A stretch of DNA of 47,372 nt from Nemertoderma westbladi (Eukaryota > Animalia > Xenacoelomorpha): NCBI GenBank assembly GCA_032718475.1, contig JAUCBJ010001278.1:1-47372 (forward strand), read 5' to 3'. Below the pieces are notes generated by a model that saw only the letters and a program-made list of their open reading frames with translations, had not been told where the DNA came from and ran no database searches. Within the stretch, counting starts at the first letter, position 1. Each line of letters starts with the position of its first letter. Shown one piece after another: positions 34,899 to 47,372 of the stretch. Made by a program: the position numbers and the translations under genes.

Positions 34899-36193
34899 AG
34901 GGTTTTTGCCTGACCAAAGTATTGTTCTGCTCTCTGACTGCTAGATCAACCCCCCGCTCAATGCGTGGCTCGCCCCACAATGCTTTGTTTTATTTGTGCG
35001 CCCCTCTGCACGATTTGAACTACACTTGTATCAGTGTATACTAAAACCAATAAAGTAAATAATTCTAAGAAAGATCGCAAAATGATTAAAGTAAGAATTA
35101 ATTAAGAGAAATTAAGTTACGAGTCTTGTAATGACTGCAAGTGAAAAGCGAGACGCAGAGGGGATAGATCGTCCTGTAGAAGGCTGCATTGTAACGAGTG
35201 TAGAATATATGTGGCAGGCGCGCCACAAAGCCGACAGTGGCAGGAGTCAGAAGGCCTCCAACAAGAGCTAACTGCAAACTGTTAACACATTTTACTGGTG
35301 GAAACCATTCTGCCATTGGACAAAAATTGTGCGCCAACACGTCGCCGCTTTTTAGATAAATAGGAGAGATTACCAATTATTGTTTGTGTGGTAACCATGG
35401 CGATCCCAAGTTTCAGGTTCACTTGCATTGAATTGATGGACTGTAAAGTCGCTCTGTTGGGTTGGGACATTACAACATAATAATATATCACTAAATGTAC
35501 AGGCTGTAATGTCCTCTAAAAAGTTGTAAAGTAAAGTGCTAAATAACAACTCGTTGTTAATTAATAGGCCTACTACCGGCAGATCGGTACCGGCATTGAG
35601 TAAAATGTTACAATTTTGGAATAAAATTTACGATCAGACAATAATCTGATAATGGTTACATTGGGTACATACTAAAAGGTAGAACGACTAGAAAAGGTAG
35701 GAAAGGTAGGACTTTGGTTATAGCCTGTTTATAGGAAATTATAGCCCGTTATAGATCGTTATAGCCCGTTATAGATCGTTCTACCTTTTAGTACGTACCG
35801 TTACATTGCATTAATTCAGAACGTAATACAGTAATATGTAATACCAGAACAGTCAAGCAGTCAAGGCGTGAGTACAGAACTGTAATATGCCTGTACAGCT
35901 GTATGCTGGGATGGCCTGTCTTACCTGTTACCTGTAGAACGGTATCAATCAGTAGGCTGGTAGGACCTGGGTAGGATCTACGGGCAGACGGGCCTACTCT
36001 TCAATCTTACTACAGTCTGACAGTACCGGTACTTCTGTACTTTTGACTATTAAAGCTCTGACAGTCCAATAGTCTGAGGCAACGCTGCTACGACATGCTG
36101 ACAATACGACTATCTGCTGATCTGTATACAGCATGTCCTGGAATTGTGGAATATAGTGTCGTTATTCAGGTACATCTGTACATGCCAGCATGC

Positions 36194-36224
<31 letters not shown>

Positions 36225-36423
36225 GCTTTTCTACAAATCGTAAATGAGATTGCATGAAATTTGAAACAGAGTTAGTTTCATCTCCCTCCTCCCCTCCTTC
36301 TGTCCTTAGTGCTGTAGTGGGTGAGCCAGAATTTTTATTTTTGCTTTCATTCTTTAGCTACAAGCGTTTGAAAATCTCCGTCGATATTGCACCAGTTACA
36401 TCGCAGTTATTCTTCGGATGACA

Positions 36424-36998
36424 GACCGAACGTAATCAGGATCGAATGTAACATAGTTTTTACGAATCGAACGTAACCTCAATTATGTTACATTGGATCC
36501 TATAACTATGTTACATTCGATCTACAAATTACTAAGCTCGAATGTAACATACATTTATTTCAGTTGTGTTTTGATTTCAGGAGTTAACGGCCGATGAAAT
36601 GCTTCGTTTATTTACAGGAAGAAACAGTTGGCGTGGTGTTGGTGAGTACAAAACAAAGACCCAAGACACAATTAAGTGACCTGCAATCTTGTAACATGTG
36701 TTAACTTTCGTTTATTGTTTTGGTTCCCCCAACACGCCTCTATAACCTGCTCCTTTCAGCCTTTAAATAAAAGTAACCTGCATAATCTTGTAACATCTGT
36801 TAACTTTCGTTTATTGTTTTGGTTCCCCCAACACGCCTCTGTAACCTGCTCCTTTAAATTTGTAAATGGCAATGTTACATTCGAGCTTAGTAATTTGTAG
36901 ATCGAATGTAACATAGTTATAGGATCCAATGTAACATAATTGCAGTTACGTTCGATACGAAATAACTATGTTACATTCGATCCTGATTACGTTCGGTC
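36424..36998. mobile_element. MITE with ~125-bp TIRs
   Basis: gaccgaacgtaatcaggatcgaatgtaacatagtt... is inverted at 36872-36998. Confidence 0.8.
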
Positions 36999-37494
36999 AT
37001 GTATCCGGCAACCACACAATCAGTGTGATACTGATACCATGCAGCCAAGCACATCAGCAGTCACATTCTCATCTTCGCGTCCTGAATAAATAAGTCTTCT
37101 GATACATTGTGAACGTCAAAACCGTGTGCTCTCCACCTTTTTTAGCACATGTTACGTCAACGTTACATGTTACGATCCAAAACACAGTTTTGATCTTTTT
37201 ATATATAAAATACGGTACATATGAAAATACAGCAAATAACACAGTATCGAAACACAGTACCCGGTAGTAGTGTTTAAACGGGATCCCGATCCCGTACTGC
37301 CGTAAACACTAAATCTTTGAAGAATAACTGCGGTGTAACTGGTGCAATATCGACGGAGACTGTTTAAACGCTGTACCGGTCGTTGAAAGCAAAAATAAAA
37401 ATTCTGGCTCACCCATTAAGAAACTAACTCTGTTTCACATTTCATGCAATCTCATTAGGTTTTAACGATGTACCTGCAATCTATTGGTTTTAGT

Positions 37495-38557
37495 CAAGGT
37501 GCCTACTAAATAACAGGTCATGCAGCGAGCGGATTCCTGAAATTAGCGTGAGGCCGATCTGTTTCCCTATTTATGGCACTTTTTTCATAATATTTTCTTA
37601 GAAACCTCTCTTATGCGATACTTTGGTTAGGTGGATATGATGACTAGGGTTCATAGGCAATGTAATAAAATGTGTTTCTGGAATTTTTATCTTGTAGTTG
37701 CCAAGGTAACCGGGTGCAAAGTTCAAATTTCGAGCGCCTGTAATTCAAGACGACAAGGGATTCTGTTCTTGCGATTTGGTATATGAGTAAAGGGAATAAA
37801 AGTCTATCAAATTATTTTACATTTCAATTTTTTTTCAATCCCGTTTCCATGGTGACGGGAATTACGATAATTTCCCATTATGACCGCCAGATTGAAATTG
37901 GGCTACTATTTACTACTTATATAATTTTCAACAAACATGCCTGGTGATTGTCCTTTATTTCTAATAATTGCTAACCGAAATTTAATATTCTGGAATGTCA
38001 AAATCATGCTATCACAGGTCTTGCTCTCTGATTGGACAGTTTAGTTTATTTGCAAATATTGACTTTTAAAAATATGATTCACAATTGACGAATTATAAAA
38101 TAAAATGTTGGCAATTTTAACTTATTATTTAGACTGACAAACCGAATAAAAATGGTGTTTTATAGAATTGGTAGACAATTTTTAAAATTTTTCATTCTAC
38201 TTATTTCCATGGCAACGGGAATGTAAACAAATTCAAATGTTAAATATTTTGATAGACTTTTATTTCCTTTACTCACCTACCAAATCTCAAGGGAAGAATC
38301 CATTGTCGCCTTGAAATACAGGCGCGCAAAGTTTGAACTTTGCACCCGGTTACCTTGGCAACTACAAGATAAAAATTCCAGAAACACATTTTATTACATT
38401 GCTATGAATCCTAGTCATCATATCCACCTAACTAAAGTAGCATATAAGAAGTTTCTAAGGAAATATTATGAAAATAGTTCCATAAATAGGGAAACGATCG
38501 GCCTCCGCTAATTTCAGCAATCCGCTCGCTGCATGACCTGTTATTTAGTACACCTTG
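37495..38557. mobile_element. MITE with ~360-bp TIRs
   Basis: caaggtg..tactaaataacaggtcatgcagcgagcggatt / aatccgctcgctgcatgacctgttatttagtacaccttg. Confidence 0.88.
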
Positions 38558-39328
38558 ATGTATATGGATATTCTTCATACATAATCAAAATGTTCTCGAA
38601 CATTGTGTATTTATTTAATATAATAAATGGCCTGCAGTGGAAGCAAATACATGCAAAACTCGAATGCCCATATCTCGGCTATTTCCCAAGCAAATTCAAA
38701 TATTTTTACATATTTCAAATGTATTTGGAATCCTTGCACGGTCAGCTTTGCACTAGCACCAACAAATCACTAAATGTTTGAAGAATAACTGCGGTGTAAC
38801 TGGTGCAATATCGACGGAGACACTTTTTTTAAACGCTTGTAGCTAAAGAATGAAAGCAAAAATATAAATTCTGGCAGTCTGGCTCACCCACTAAGGAGGA
38901 GGGAGATGAAACTAACTATGTTTCAAATTTCATGCAATCTCATACGATTTCTAGAAAAATTTGGGGGGGGGGGGGCAGGTACCTGAATAACGACACTATA
39001 GGCCTACAGCTATATGACATGCTGTATACCTGTATACCGGTACCGCAGTTCAGTAGTCAGGTAGTTCTGTAGTTATACCGGTAGTTCATACAGTCATAGG
39101 CCTATCCCAGTATCCGTACCTTTGGTTATTTCGTATTGCAAAAATAAGACTGTAACCTATGTTATTGAGTTATCGTTTATTGTTTTGGTTAGAAAGGCCC
39201 GCCACTGTAACCTGTTCCTTTCGTTAATTAATAAATCTAGTTTTGTTTATTGTTTTGGTTAGCAAACACCGCCACTCCCCGCTCTGCCACTGTAACCTGC
39301 TCCTTTTTCAATAGATACCGGTACGCAT

Positions 39329-40435
39329 ATGAACGATAAGCGACTATATAAAATTGGCAATGCTGCAATGGGCCCTCCGCCAATTGTACTATGGTCTACT
39401 GGCTGTCAGCAAGCTTTGGTTTGGAATTTTAGAGACATAGAAACATTGAGACTAAAACATCGAATAGTCGGTGAACTTATTGGGTGTCTTCCCGGTAAAC
39501 CGTTACAGAACTGCCAGCTAGGTCGCCCGCTACTGTTAGCCGCACACGAGATTGCGCTACTAATCGATCGCGGGATAGCCGTCATCTGCGACGTCCCGGA
39601 TCGCTGCCGCAGCGCTGAGCGCGGCGAGGAATACTCGCGGTTTCGCGAGGAAAGTTTAGCGCGACAACGCGTGGCTGCGGAAACGGAAGCACGCGCTGTC
39701 TCGGAGGGACACCGACGTCTAATCGACGCCGGAAGAAAAGCGAAACTCATCGGAGAACAGCCGAGTAATCTGAGTAAAAAGAAACGTAAACAGTTATATA
39801 AGAGGTTGAAGAAAGAGGATGCAGAGAGGGGGGAAGAGGTTGGGAGAGGGTCTACGGATTATAGGGAGGAGTTTGGGAGGGAGAAGGGGGTTGGGACAAC
39901 GGGTGCACGTAGAGCTAATTCCGCTCCACCAGCTGTTGCAGCAGATGGTCTTGCAGATAACATAAGCGACGTAAGTAGGCCTATTATTAAGCTAGATTGC
40001 AATTCCTTCCATTCGACGAGCTCCCGAGATATTAATTACAATAAGAACGCACTCGTCCAACTGCCCACCGAGCCGGTGTTCCCTGTGACCGCCTCCGAGG
40101 TGTCGGATTACAGATGCGATTGGTCCCCACCAACCGGCGCCGTCGACCGGCTACGTTACCGCGTGTTCGCCGATCTTTGGACTCGCGGTTACTATCTCAC
40201 GGGCGGCGGTAAGTTTGGTTGCGACTTCCTGATCTACCCAGGGGACCCGCTGCGGTTCCATTCCTCCTATATGGCGGTCTGTCGCCAGACGGACTGCCGG
40301 TTCCGCGCGAGAGACCTCGTGAGTCTACTGCGGCTGGCGACCTCGGTTAATAAGACGTTGTTATTGGCTACGTGGGATGGCGAGGGGGAGAGTTCGGTTA
40401 GATATCTCGCCGGTAACTATGGCGATATTAGTTGA
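39329..40435 (+). CDS. TSEN34: tRNA-splicing endonuclease subunit Sen34, single coding exon
   Basis: N-terminal LRLKHRIVGELIGCLP..PLQN..LGRPLLL and C-terminal LRYRVFADLWTRGYYLTGGGKFGCDFLIYPGDPLRFHS...SVNKTLLLA, with the Tyr/His/Lys triad. Exact start codon uncertain. Confidence 0.93.
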   Translation: MNDKRLYKIGNAAMGPPPIVLWSTGCQQALVWNFRDIETLRLKHRIVGELIGCLPGKPLQNCQLGRPLLLAAHEIALLIDRGIAVICDVPDRCRSAERGEEYSRFREESLARQRVAAETEARAVSEGHRRLIDAGRKAKLIGEQPSNLSKKKRKQLYKRLKKEDAERGEEVGRGSTDYREEFGREKGVGTTGARRANSAPPAVAADGLADNISDVSRPIIKLDCNSFHSTSSRDINYNKNALVQLPTEPVFPVTASEVSDYRCDWSPPTGAVDRLRYRVFADLWTRGYYLTGGGKFGCDFLIYPGDPLRFHSSYMAVCRQTDCRFRARDLVSLLRLATSVNKTLLLATWDGEGESSVRYLAGNYGDIS

Positions 40436-41969
40436 ACCGGGACGGAACTGGTAGTAAACTCGATGCTCTGTACGGTCTAGCAGTACGGTGGTTCTATTTA
40501 ATTGGTGCAATGTTGTAATGATTAATTAATATTCTTGAGTTACTTCTACGAACCTACCAGATCGTAGCCCCTTGCTATTATACTGAGAGTTTGATAATAT
40601 AATCATCTGAAATTATATTAAATTACAACTATATTTATGTTATAATTCAATGGAAACCGTTTTATTTAAAAGTCAAGAATCTCTATATAATAATATTATC
40701 AATTCATGTATTTCTAGACTATATTGATTTAATTAAATGTTAGTAACTAACTGAAATTTTAATTAATTGATTTGCAGGTAATTAAACTGCAAACATTTGT
40801 GAGAAATATCAATTACATTAACAAATATAAATTAGACCCACAAGTTCTTAATTTATCAGCACAATATTAATATTATAAGTGGTGGGGAATAACTGCGCGT
40901 TAACACCTATATATACAAACCGGATGCATGCGTTTAATTGTTTGTAATCTGTTATTATTGTTATTATTTTCTTTCGGTGATATTCACTCTAAAACTTATG
41001 AGTAAAAACTCTTTGGATCGCATTTATTGTTGATATCGGATTGATATTGGTGGAGGAACGACTTTATTTTGTCAATCTGGTTCAACTTTATTTAACATTG
41101 ACGCCTCGGGAAACTTTGCTGCACCTTAACTGGGTTGTTTGGTTAGTTCGGAAAGTTCACCTTGGCACTGAGTATCGTCAGTGCGAGTTACTGTAACTGA
41201 GGAACAACCAAGACGTTGCTAGGTGACTTGCTACTCCGGTTACGTACAATGTTCCCGCGGGTCATTAACCCCACCAGGGTAGGACAGTGCACCTCCACTG
41301 CAGACTTCGAGGTGGCGGCCAACCAGTACCTCGACTCTATGGTTCGTCTTTGTGAATCCTCCCATCATCTCGCCAAGTTCTACGCATTTCTACTCAAGGT
41401 GGGTCTTATTTGTTTACTTAACACAAATTCACGGAGTTCCTTATTGATATTCAATATGTGAGTAGAGCATTGCGCGCGCGGATTACGCAGTACGCACCGC
41501 GCAGGTTACACGATATCCTGGAAAATATATTCTTACTGGGCTGCGATTCTTACAATATCGGCGGAGTCAGGCACCTTTTTCAAAAGCGAAATAACAATTC
41601 TGGTTTACCCAGCAGAGGGAGGTGAATTTACTCTGTTTCAAATTTAATAAAACTCATTAATATTTATCAAGAACTTCTAGAATATAGTATTTATTCGTAT
41701 TTATTAGTAGAATTAAATATACTATATTCTAAAAGTCCTTGGTCCGATCCATTAACAACAACAGCAAACAAACGTGCCACAATTGTATTACTCTAAAGGG
41801 TCCGTTAAATATGTACATGTACAATTTGCACTAAAATACACAATTGTGGAAAGGGCGAAAGGCACTTCATAATTTGATATGTAAATTTTTATTAGCACTA
41901 TTGGTAATTAAATGATTTGCAACGGGAACAGCTTAGGCTTCTAAATATACAGTAGTGTAGTAGTATATA

Positions 41970-42302
41970 CTAAATTCCTACATTAAATGAAGGGTCCGAT
42001 TGAAGTTTAAATAACATTTCGGCTGCACCCGCTGCTATAAGTGTACCTTTATTGAAGTACAAACAGGAATCGATATGATCAGCTTTAGCTTCCATCTCAG
42101 TTAGTAAGTGTTTCTCAACCACGTCAAACACTCTTACCATGTTGTCTGCAGCAGCAACAGCCAAGTATAGACTGTCAGGGCTATACGCCAAACAATGTAT
42201 CCATGGCAACCCTTCCGCCGTCAGACTCCAGAGATACTGAAACTTTCTTGTCTTGTAGAGACGGACAGTGCCATCCCAACTCCCTGTAGCTAACATACCA
42301 GC
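41970..42302 (-). CDS. Terminal coding exon of a WD40-repeat protein gene (upstream exons not identified)
   Basis: LATGSWDGTVRLY and CLAYSPDSLYLAVAAADNMVRVFD are WD40 blades. Acceptor ttatatgttgcAG immediately precedes 42302; stop at 41970. Confidence 0.8.
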   Translation of the reverse strand, partial: AGMLATGSWDGTVRLYKTRKFQYLWSLTAEGLPWIHCLAYSPDSLYLAVAAADNMVRVFDVVEKHLLTEMEAKADHIDSCLYFNKGTLIAAGAAEMLFKLQSDPSFNVGI

Positions 42303-42559
42303 CTGCAACATATAAGTTACACAAATAGGGTTGGTATATCGGCAGTAATTAATTGGACGTTGTTTATGGTGAAGAGTTGAAGACCCACTTAATGTGTGCG
42401 AAAAAATATAAAAAAAGGACAAAATCTAGTACACGTTCAGTGTACACAGTACTGACCACCCACATGTTTACCAAGTTTGGTTTAATTCCATCAATGACCC
42501 GAGTTATTAGAGATAAGTAAGCAAGCAAAGCAAACAGTCGGCCGAAGCATATGCTGAGT

Positions 42560-42631
42560 GGACCCTGGCGGGGCTGAACCTACAACCATTAGATTGCAGG
42601 CCCGGCGCTCAACCAACTGAGCTACCCCGCC
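42560..42631 (-). pseudogene. tRNA-derived relic or SINE head (loop CTGCAAT, Cys-like)
   Basis: A box TAGCTCAGTTGG and B-box-like GGTTCAGCCC at tRNA spacing; acceptor and anticodon stems do not pair well. Confidence 0.6.
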
Positions 42632-45059
42632 TTCTCCTAAGTATGCCAGCTAAACAAAATCAGTTGGCCTTTCATGGTAGTTAACAGGGGCCGGGGCACA
42701 TTACATACAGAACATTAATTATTTAACATACGGTGTACGTATCCGTGGATTCAATTGGTTACATAGCTGCCTGGGATAGCCCAGTTGGGATGAGTATGCT
42801 GAGCAGGGAAAGGGCTTTTGAACGCCCATATCTCCGCTATTTCGCAACGAAATTCAGAGTTTGTAACATATTTGGAATCCTTGCATAGCCAGCTTTCTAA
42901 CAGTACACACAAATCTTTATAAGGTTGAAGAATAACTGCGGTGCGGTGTGGTGTAACTGGTGCAATATCGACGGAACACCTTTTTCAAACGCTTGTAGCT
43001 AAAGATTGAAGGGTCAAAATCACTAAAAGTGGCCAAACTTAAGATGGGATTTTCGTCAAAAATTTTTTCTTTCAAAACCTATAAACATTATATATCATTC
43101 GAAAGCTCTTTTTAAGTAGAATTTGATGAGCACGGTGATCAGCTATTAAAATTTACTTCACTAATTAAATTTGGGTTTTAAGTTAAGTCCCCCCTGTCAG
43201 TGCCGGATTAACCTTAAGGCATATAAGGCACGTGCCTTAGGGCCAGCCGAAAATCAGGGCCATTTTTTTTTGCGATTCATTCCTGTGAAAAAATATTTTT
43301 ATCTGAAAAGTCCGGAAACAGAGCAAGAAAGTGCATCTTTCGATTACTTTCTATCCCTAAATTTGTGATAGAAAGTGCAAAATTCTAGCTCAATCGACCG
43401 ACAGCTGCTTGTGTTATTAGTTCGAGACCTGATGGCAGGGAAATAATAAAACATGGGCAGTAAAACTTTATATTGCTAATTATGAACAATGGAGAATTTA
43501 ATTTTATCTATTTGTGGGGAATTATTTGTAGTTATGCTCTTAAACTTTCTAGAACAACCAAATAATGACATACTGGGAATACTGTACATAGTAAATGTAT
43601 GGCGTAGAGATATGGTAGTGCGAAATTAATTGTTTTTTTTTACCGGAAACTAGTTTTATAAATATAGGCCCTAATAGATAAAAAAAAAGGATAAAATAGT
43701 TGTAGATAAAATAGTTGTTGATAAAATAAGAGAAATAATTTCAGAAATAATTTCTTGTCACTACTGTAATTTAATTTAACCGAAATTCAGATGTTCTGCC
43801 CTCGTGTATTGAATTTTGCGTTCGATGGCATTTTAGGTGCAATTCAAAACCTAAAACTCTCGGACAGCACAATTTAATTGGGGTAAATTAAAATTAGCGA
43901 CAAATAGTGCCTATTTCCGAGACTGTTCTCTTATAGAAGATCATTACTTTATTAGAGCACAAGCCCACACTTACGGTGTGTTATACTGTCTGTATTTCTC
44001 AGCAAGTCCAGTAAAGATACAGCGAAACCTACAGCAAATAAATAACAGATTTCCCACGATCCGATCAAAATTGCTAAATTCCTACAGGAGCCAGTCAGCC
44101 TTAAGGGGGCCAACTATAACCCCCACAGAAATGAAATTTTCGAAAATTTGCACAATTTTTTGTAGTTTGATAGAAGGGCTTTCATAAGGTGATGTCGGTT
44201 TTCAACAGTGAAATATTTTTTTACCTCAAAACTGCTCTTTTCAACAACATAATAATATATTGCTAATATTTATGACTCTCTATATAAAACAACCTTTTTA
44301 TCAGTTTGTCGATTTTGACTTTTTTCATCACTAAATTCCCTACTATATACTATTTTATTTTTTACTCAATTGTCATCCAACATACAAAATGTTCAGCAGC
44401 TTTAGTACTACTATCGTTGGTTTTGTAAAACATGGCCATTTGGATCTTCTAGAACCGATTTTGTAACTGCTACATTTTGTCTATCACAAAATATTTATTC
44501 TCAAAATATAGCCCGGAAATACCAAAACCCCCCTAAATTTTTCAAAATCAATAATTTTGTGCTAAAATTATCATAGAAGATAGCCTACATTTTTAGGTCC
44601 ATTTTACCAAAGCCTTGGACCAAGAACTTCAATGCAGGGTATACTTAAACATGAGCTAATTTACATAGAAATGCCACAAATTTATAGAATTTTTGAAAAA
44701 TCCGACCTGTTCAGAAAGTTCCATATTTTTCGAACAAACGATTTATGAAACTACTGTATCTATACTCAGTTTTAATAGTATATATAAGATCACAGATAAT
44801 TGTATCTTCGGTACCCTTTCGGTACCATGGCACATACGTCTGTTCCATGGGTAGAGCGCCATGACACATACGTCTGTTCCATGACATTTATTCGATTTCT
44901 AAGAAGGGAAAATGTTGCTGGACTAATAAGTATATGCTTCTATATGTTAGCGGCGCATTTCAGCTTGTATCTACTGCACTTTAACTATGGTAGGCTTACT
45001 GCAGACCTGCTTACAGACTGCCAGACTGCAGCAATAAGGTAAACCCTGTTGTTAGTTTT

Positions 45060-45670
45060 CAAATTGGACAGACTGACCGACAGACCAGACCGACAGACGG
45101 TCTGGATAGGGTCAAAAGTGAAAACTGACAGCGGAAATGAAATCCTTGACCAGGAAAACCCCCATAGCGATAATTTTAATTAGCTAATATGATTCCTTAT
45201 ATTTTTGACGGACAGACAGTCGGCAGACAGACCGACAGACTGTCTGGATAGGGTAAAAAGTGAAAACTACAAGTGGAAATGAAATCCTTGACCAGGAAAA
45301 CCCCCATAACGATAATTTTAATTAGCTAATATGATTCCTTATATTTTTGACGGACAGACTGACCGACAGACAGACCGACAGACAGACTGGGTAGGGTGAA
45401 AAGTGAAAACTGACCTCGGAAATGAAATCCTTGACCAGGAAAACCCCCTTAGCTAGAATTTTAATTATCTAATGCGATTCCTTATATTTTTGACGGACAG
45501 ACTGACAGACAGACCGACAGACAGACTGACAGAAAGTCTGGATAGGGTCAAAAGTGAAAACTGACAGCGGAAATGAAATCCTTGAGAAGGAAAACCCCTA
45601 TAGTGAGAATGTTAGTAGATTTTATTATTTCTAAAGTCTTGACAGACAAACTGACAGAAAGACAGACAGA
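45060..45670 (+). repeat. Four ~145-bp tandem repeats with GACA/GACC microsatellite (Helentron/DINE-like)
   Basis: ctggatagggtcaaaagtgaaaact at about 45102, 45244, 45387 and 45538. Confidence 0.85.
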
Positions 45671-46504
45671 CTTCAGAAATTCATGAATTAGACTTGGGCA
45701 CTTGTGGATTTGAATAATTTCCTGAAAGCAAAAATAAAAAATTCAGACTCACCCATAAAGGAGGAGGGAGGTGAAACTATCTATTTTTCAAATTTCATAC
45801 AATCTCATTTAGATTTGTTGAAAGATTTGGGGGAGGAGAGGGGGGGGGGGGGGCAGGTACCTGAATAACGACACTATTCCAGGACATGGTGTACATTACA
45901 TACCGGACCGGTAAGGAGTTTAGCGGCATGCCTCTGTCTGAACTTATAAATGACCTCTTGATATGGTTAGCTAGTATATCCTAATAATTACTACATGCAT
46001 GCTATACAACCTCAGTACATTAGAAATAGTGTCATTCAGTAATATTAGTGGTAAGATAAACTACATCGGTGTTGCAACGGGATCGGGATCCACAATTTTC
46101 GGGATCGGGATTTTTAATTTTATTGCGGCCATACTCAAACATCCAAAACGTAAAATAGCCCCATCTACCCTGCCCTCTTTATAGGAGTAAAATCATTCGA
46201 TAAATCTCATGTACTAAAAAATGCCTACCTAGATTAGATATGTAAAATTGTCCACTTACTTTTTTTCAAATGGTTTACAGATGTAGTTTATTTCCCACGT
46301 ACGTATCTCATTTCACATACGTTTTTAATATAATTTCTGCAACATTTTTTTATATATCTACTGCAGTCTGACTGAATCGCTGTCACATCTCTATAATATA
46401 ATGGGCCTGCTGCATTGAGGCTGCACATTGAAATGCTATGCAGGCTTAGCAAAAATATTTTGTCACCACCATGCAATCCACAATTGGAAAGCCCAATGCA
46501 GCGT

Positions 46505-46750
46505 GCATTAAGAATGCTGTGCCGACTTATCAACAGATTTGCCCCGCCACAACTCCCTATCCCCCATGACTTTCGCGAGATCATCCGCATCGTCAAGGCC
46601 AGTGTCCTTTAAGCGGCTTCTCAAGAAAGTCATGAGCTGTGACCATGTCTCCATGGTGCTGCCAAAGCACAAGATTGTGCACAGGCTGGTCCTCACAGCG
46701 AAAACAATGTCCTGCAAAGCGGAGGCGGCTTTGTTCTAGGCCAAGCACAA
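46505..46750 (-). mobile_element. RTE 3' fragment
   Basis: LKDTGLDDADDLAKVMGDRELWR; homologous to 33032-33290; a further piece lies near 47250-47300. Confidence 0.7.
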
Positions 46751-47372
46751 GCTTGGGGATCCAATGAGACACTTATAATGTTATATAGTGTAGATTTGTA
46801 TGTTTTGCACTAATATATGTACTATTATGTAAATTAATATTAGTAGTATTTAGGAGTTTTACAGTAGTCCTTGCATGCAATATAATAGATTTGAACATAT
46901 CCGGATACTCAATACTGTACAAGATTATTATAAACCGTACCACTAAGAGAACGTAAGTAATATTTTTCGCGCAATGTTTCATCTTCTTGGTATGGTGTAG
47001 AATAAGTTAGTACTGTAGTTAGTCCCTTTAAGTAATTGTATGTTTTGTTATTGAGTGTAAATGGTGAGTGGAGTAATGGGCTTGCTCCTCCAGTCACCAT
47101 CTACACAGAGTATGCATTAATATATTTAGTACAATAATTACACTACCGGTATTTACATAAAATACATACATTATTATATTTTTCAGTATATTACCACTGT
47201 GCATGCTTTGTGTGGGAATTGTTCTTATACAATAAACAATGTTATATAGTGTCTGGTTGGAGATGTGTTCATTATACTTGACACAGTGAAACCTGCTGCC
47301 ACATAAAAATATTTATCATATTCAATAAAAACCATGGCAACTCATGTTTCTATTATTTATAATATAGACATT

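Larger units (their letters stand above)
36150..39001. mobile_element. Non-autonomous TIR element containing nested MITEs
   Basis: tatagtgtcgttattcaggtac / gtacctgaataacgacactata TIRs with long subterminal similarity; the right end recurs at 45745-45885. Confidence 0.7.

Noticed and set aside
42560-42631. Functional tRNA-Cys gene
   Set aside because: Acceptor and anticodon stems fail to pair.
43198-44130. DNA transposon ends (cagtgccggattaacc; ttaagggggcc)
   Set aside because: No partner termini found, so boundaries cannot be supported.

Overview
Repeat-rich eukaryotic (probably invertebrate animal) genomic DNA. Three host genes are visible. (1) A two-exon Costars/ABRACL gene (exon 1 6619-6679, exon 2 31851-32041), missed by the ORF track, whose 25.2-kb intron is a stack of nested elements. 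(2) An intronless tRNA-splicing endonuclease Sen34 ORF (39329-40435). (3) The last exon of a minus-strand WD40 gene. The ABRACL intron holds a decayed RTE LINE interrupted by hAT-type elements, and a 52-bp satellite built around the gene's own splice acceptor. The satellite is split by a second RTE, which is in turn split by a hAT derivative and an 11-kb Bel/Pao LTR retrotransposon. The Bel/Pao element is the most unusual object. It lacks RT, RNase H and the integrase core. Downstream of pol it carries a large extra gene encoding a WRN/EXD-type 3'-5' exonuclease-like domain (apparently with altered catalytic residues) plus CCHC-type zinc knuckles. It also has small ORFs upstream of gag, a hairpin where the tRNA primer-binding site should be, and LTRs with arrays of covarying RNA stem-loops, one of which recurs exactly (24 bp) inside gag. 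The rest of the window is LINE fragments, MITEs/foldbacks, a tRNA-derived relic and tandem repeats. All calls were made by eye; no database searches were run.
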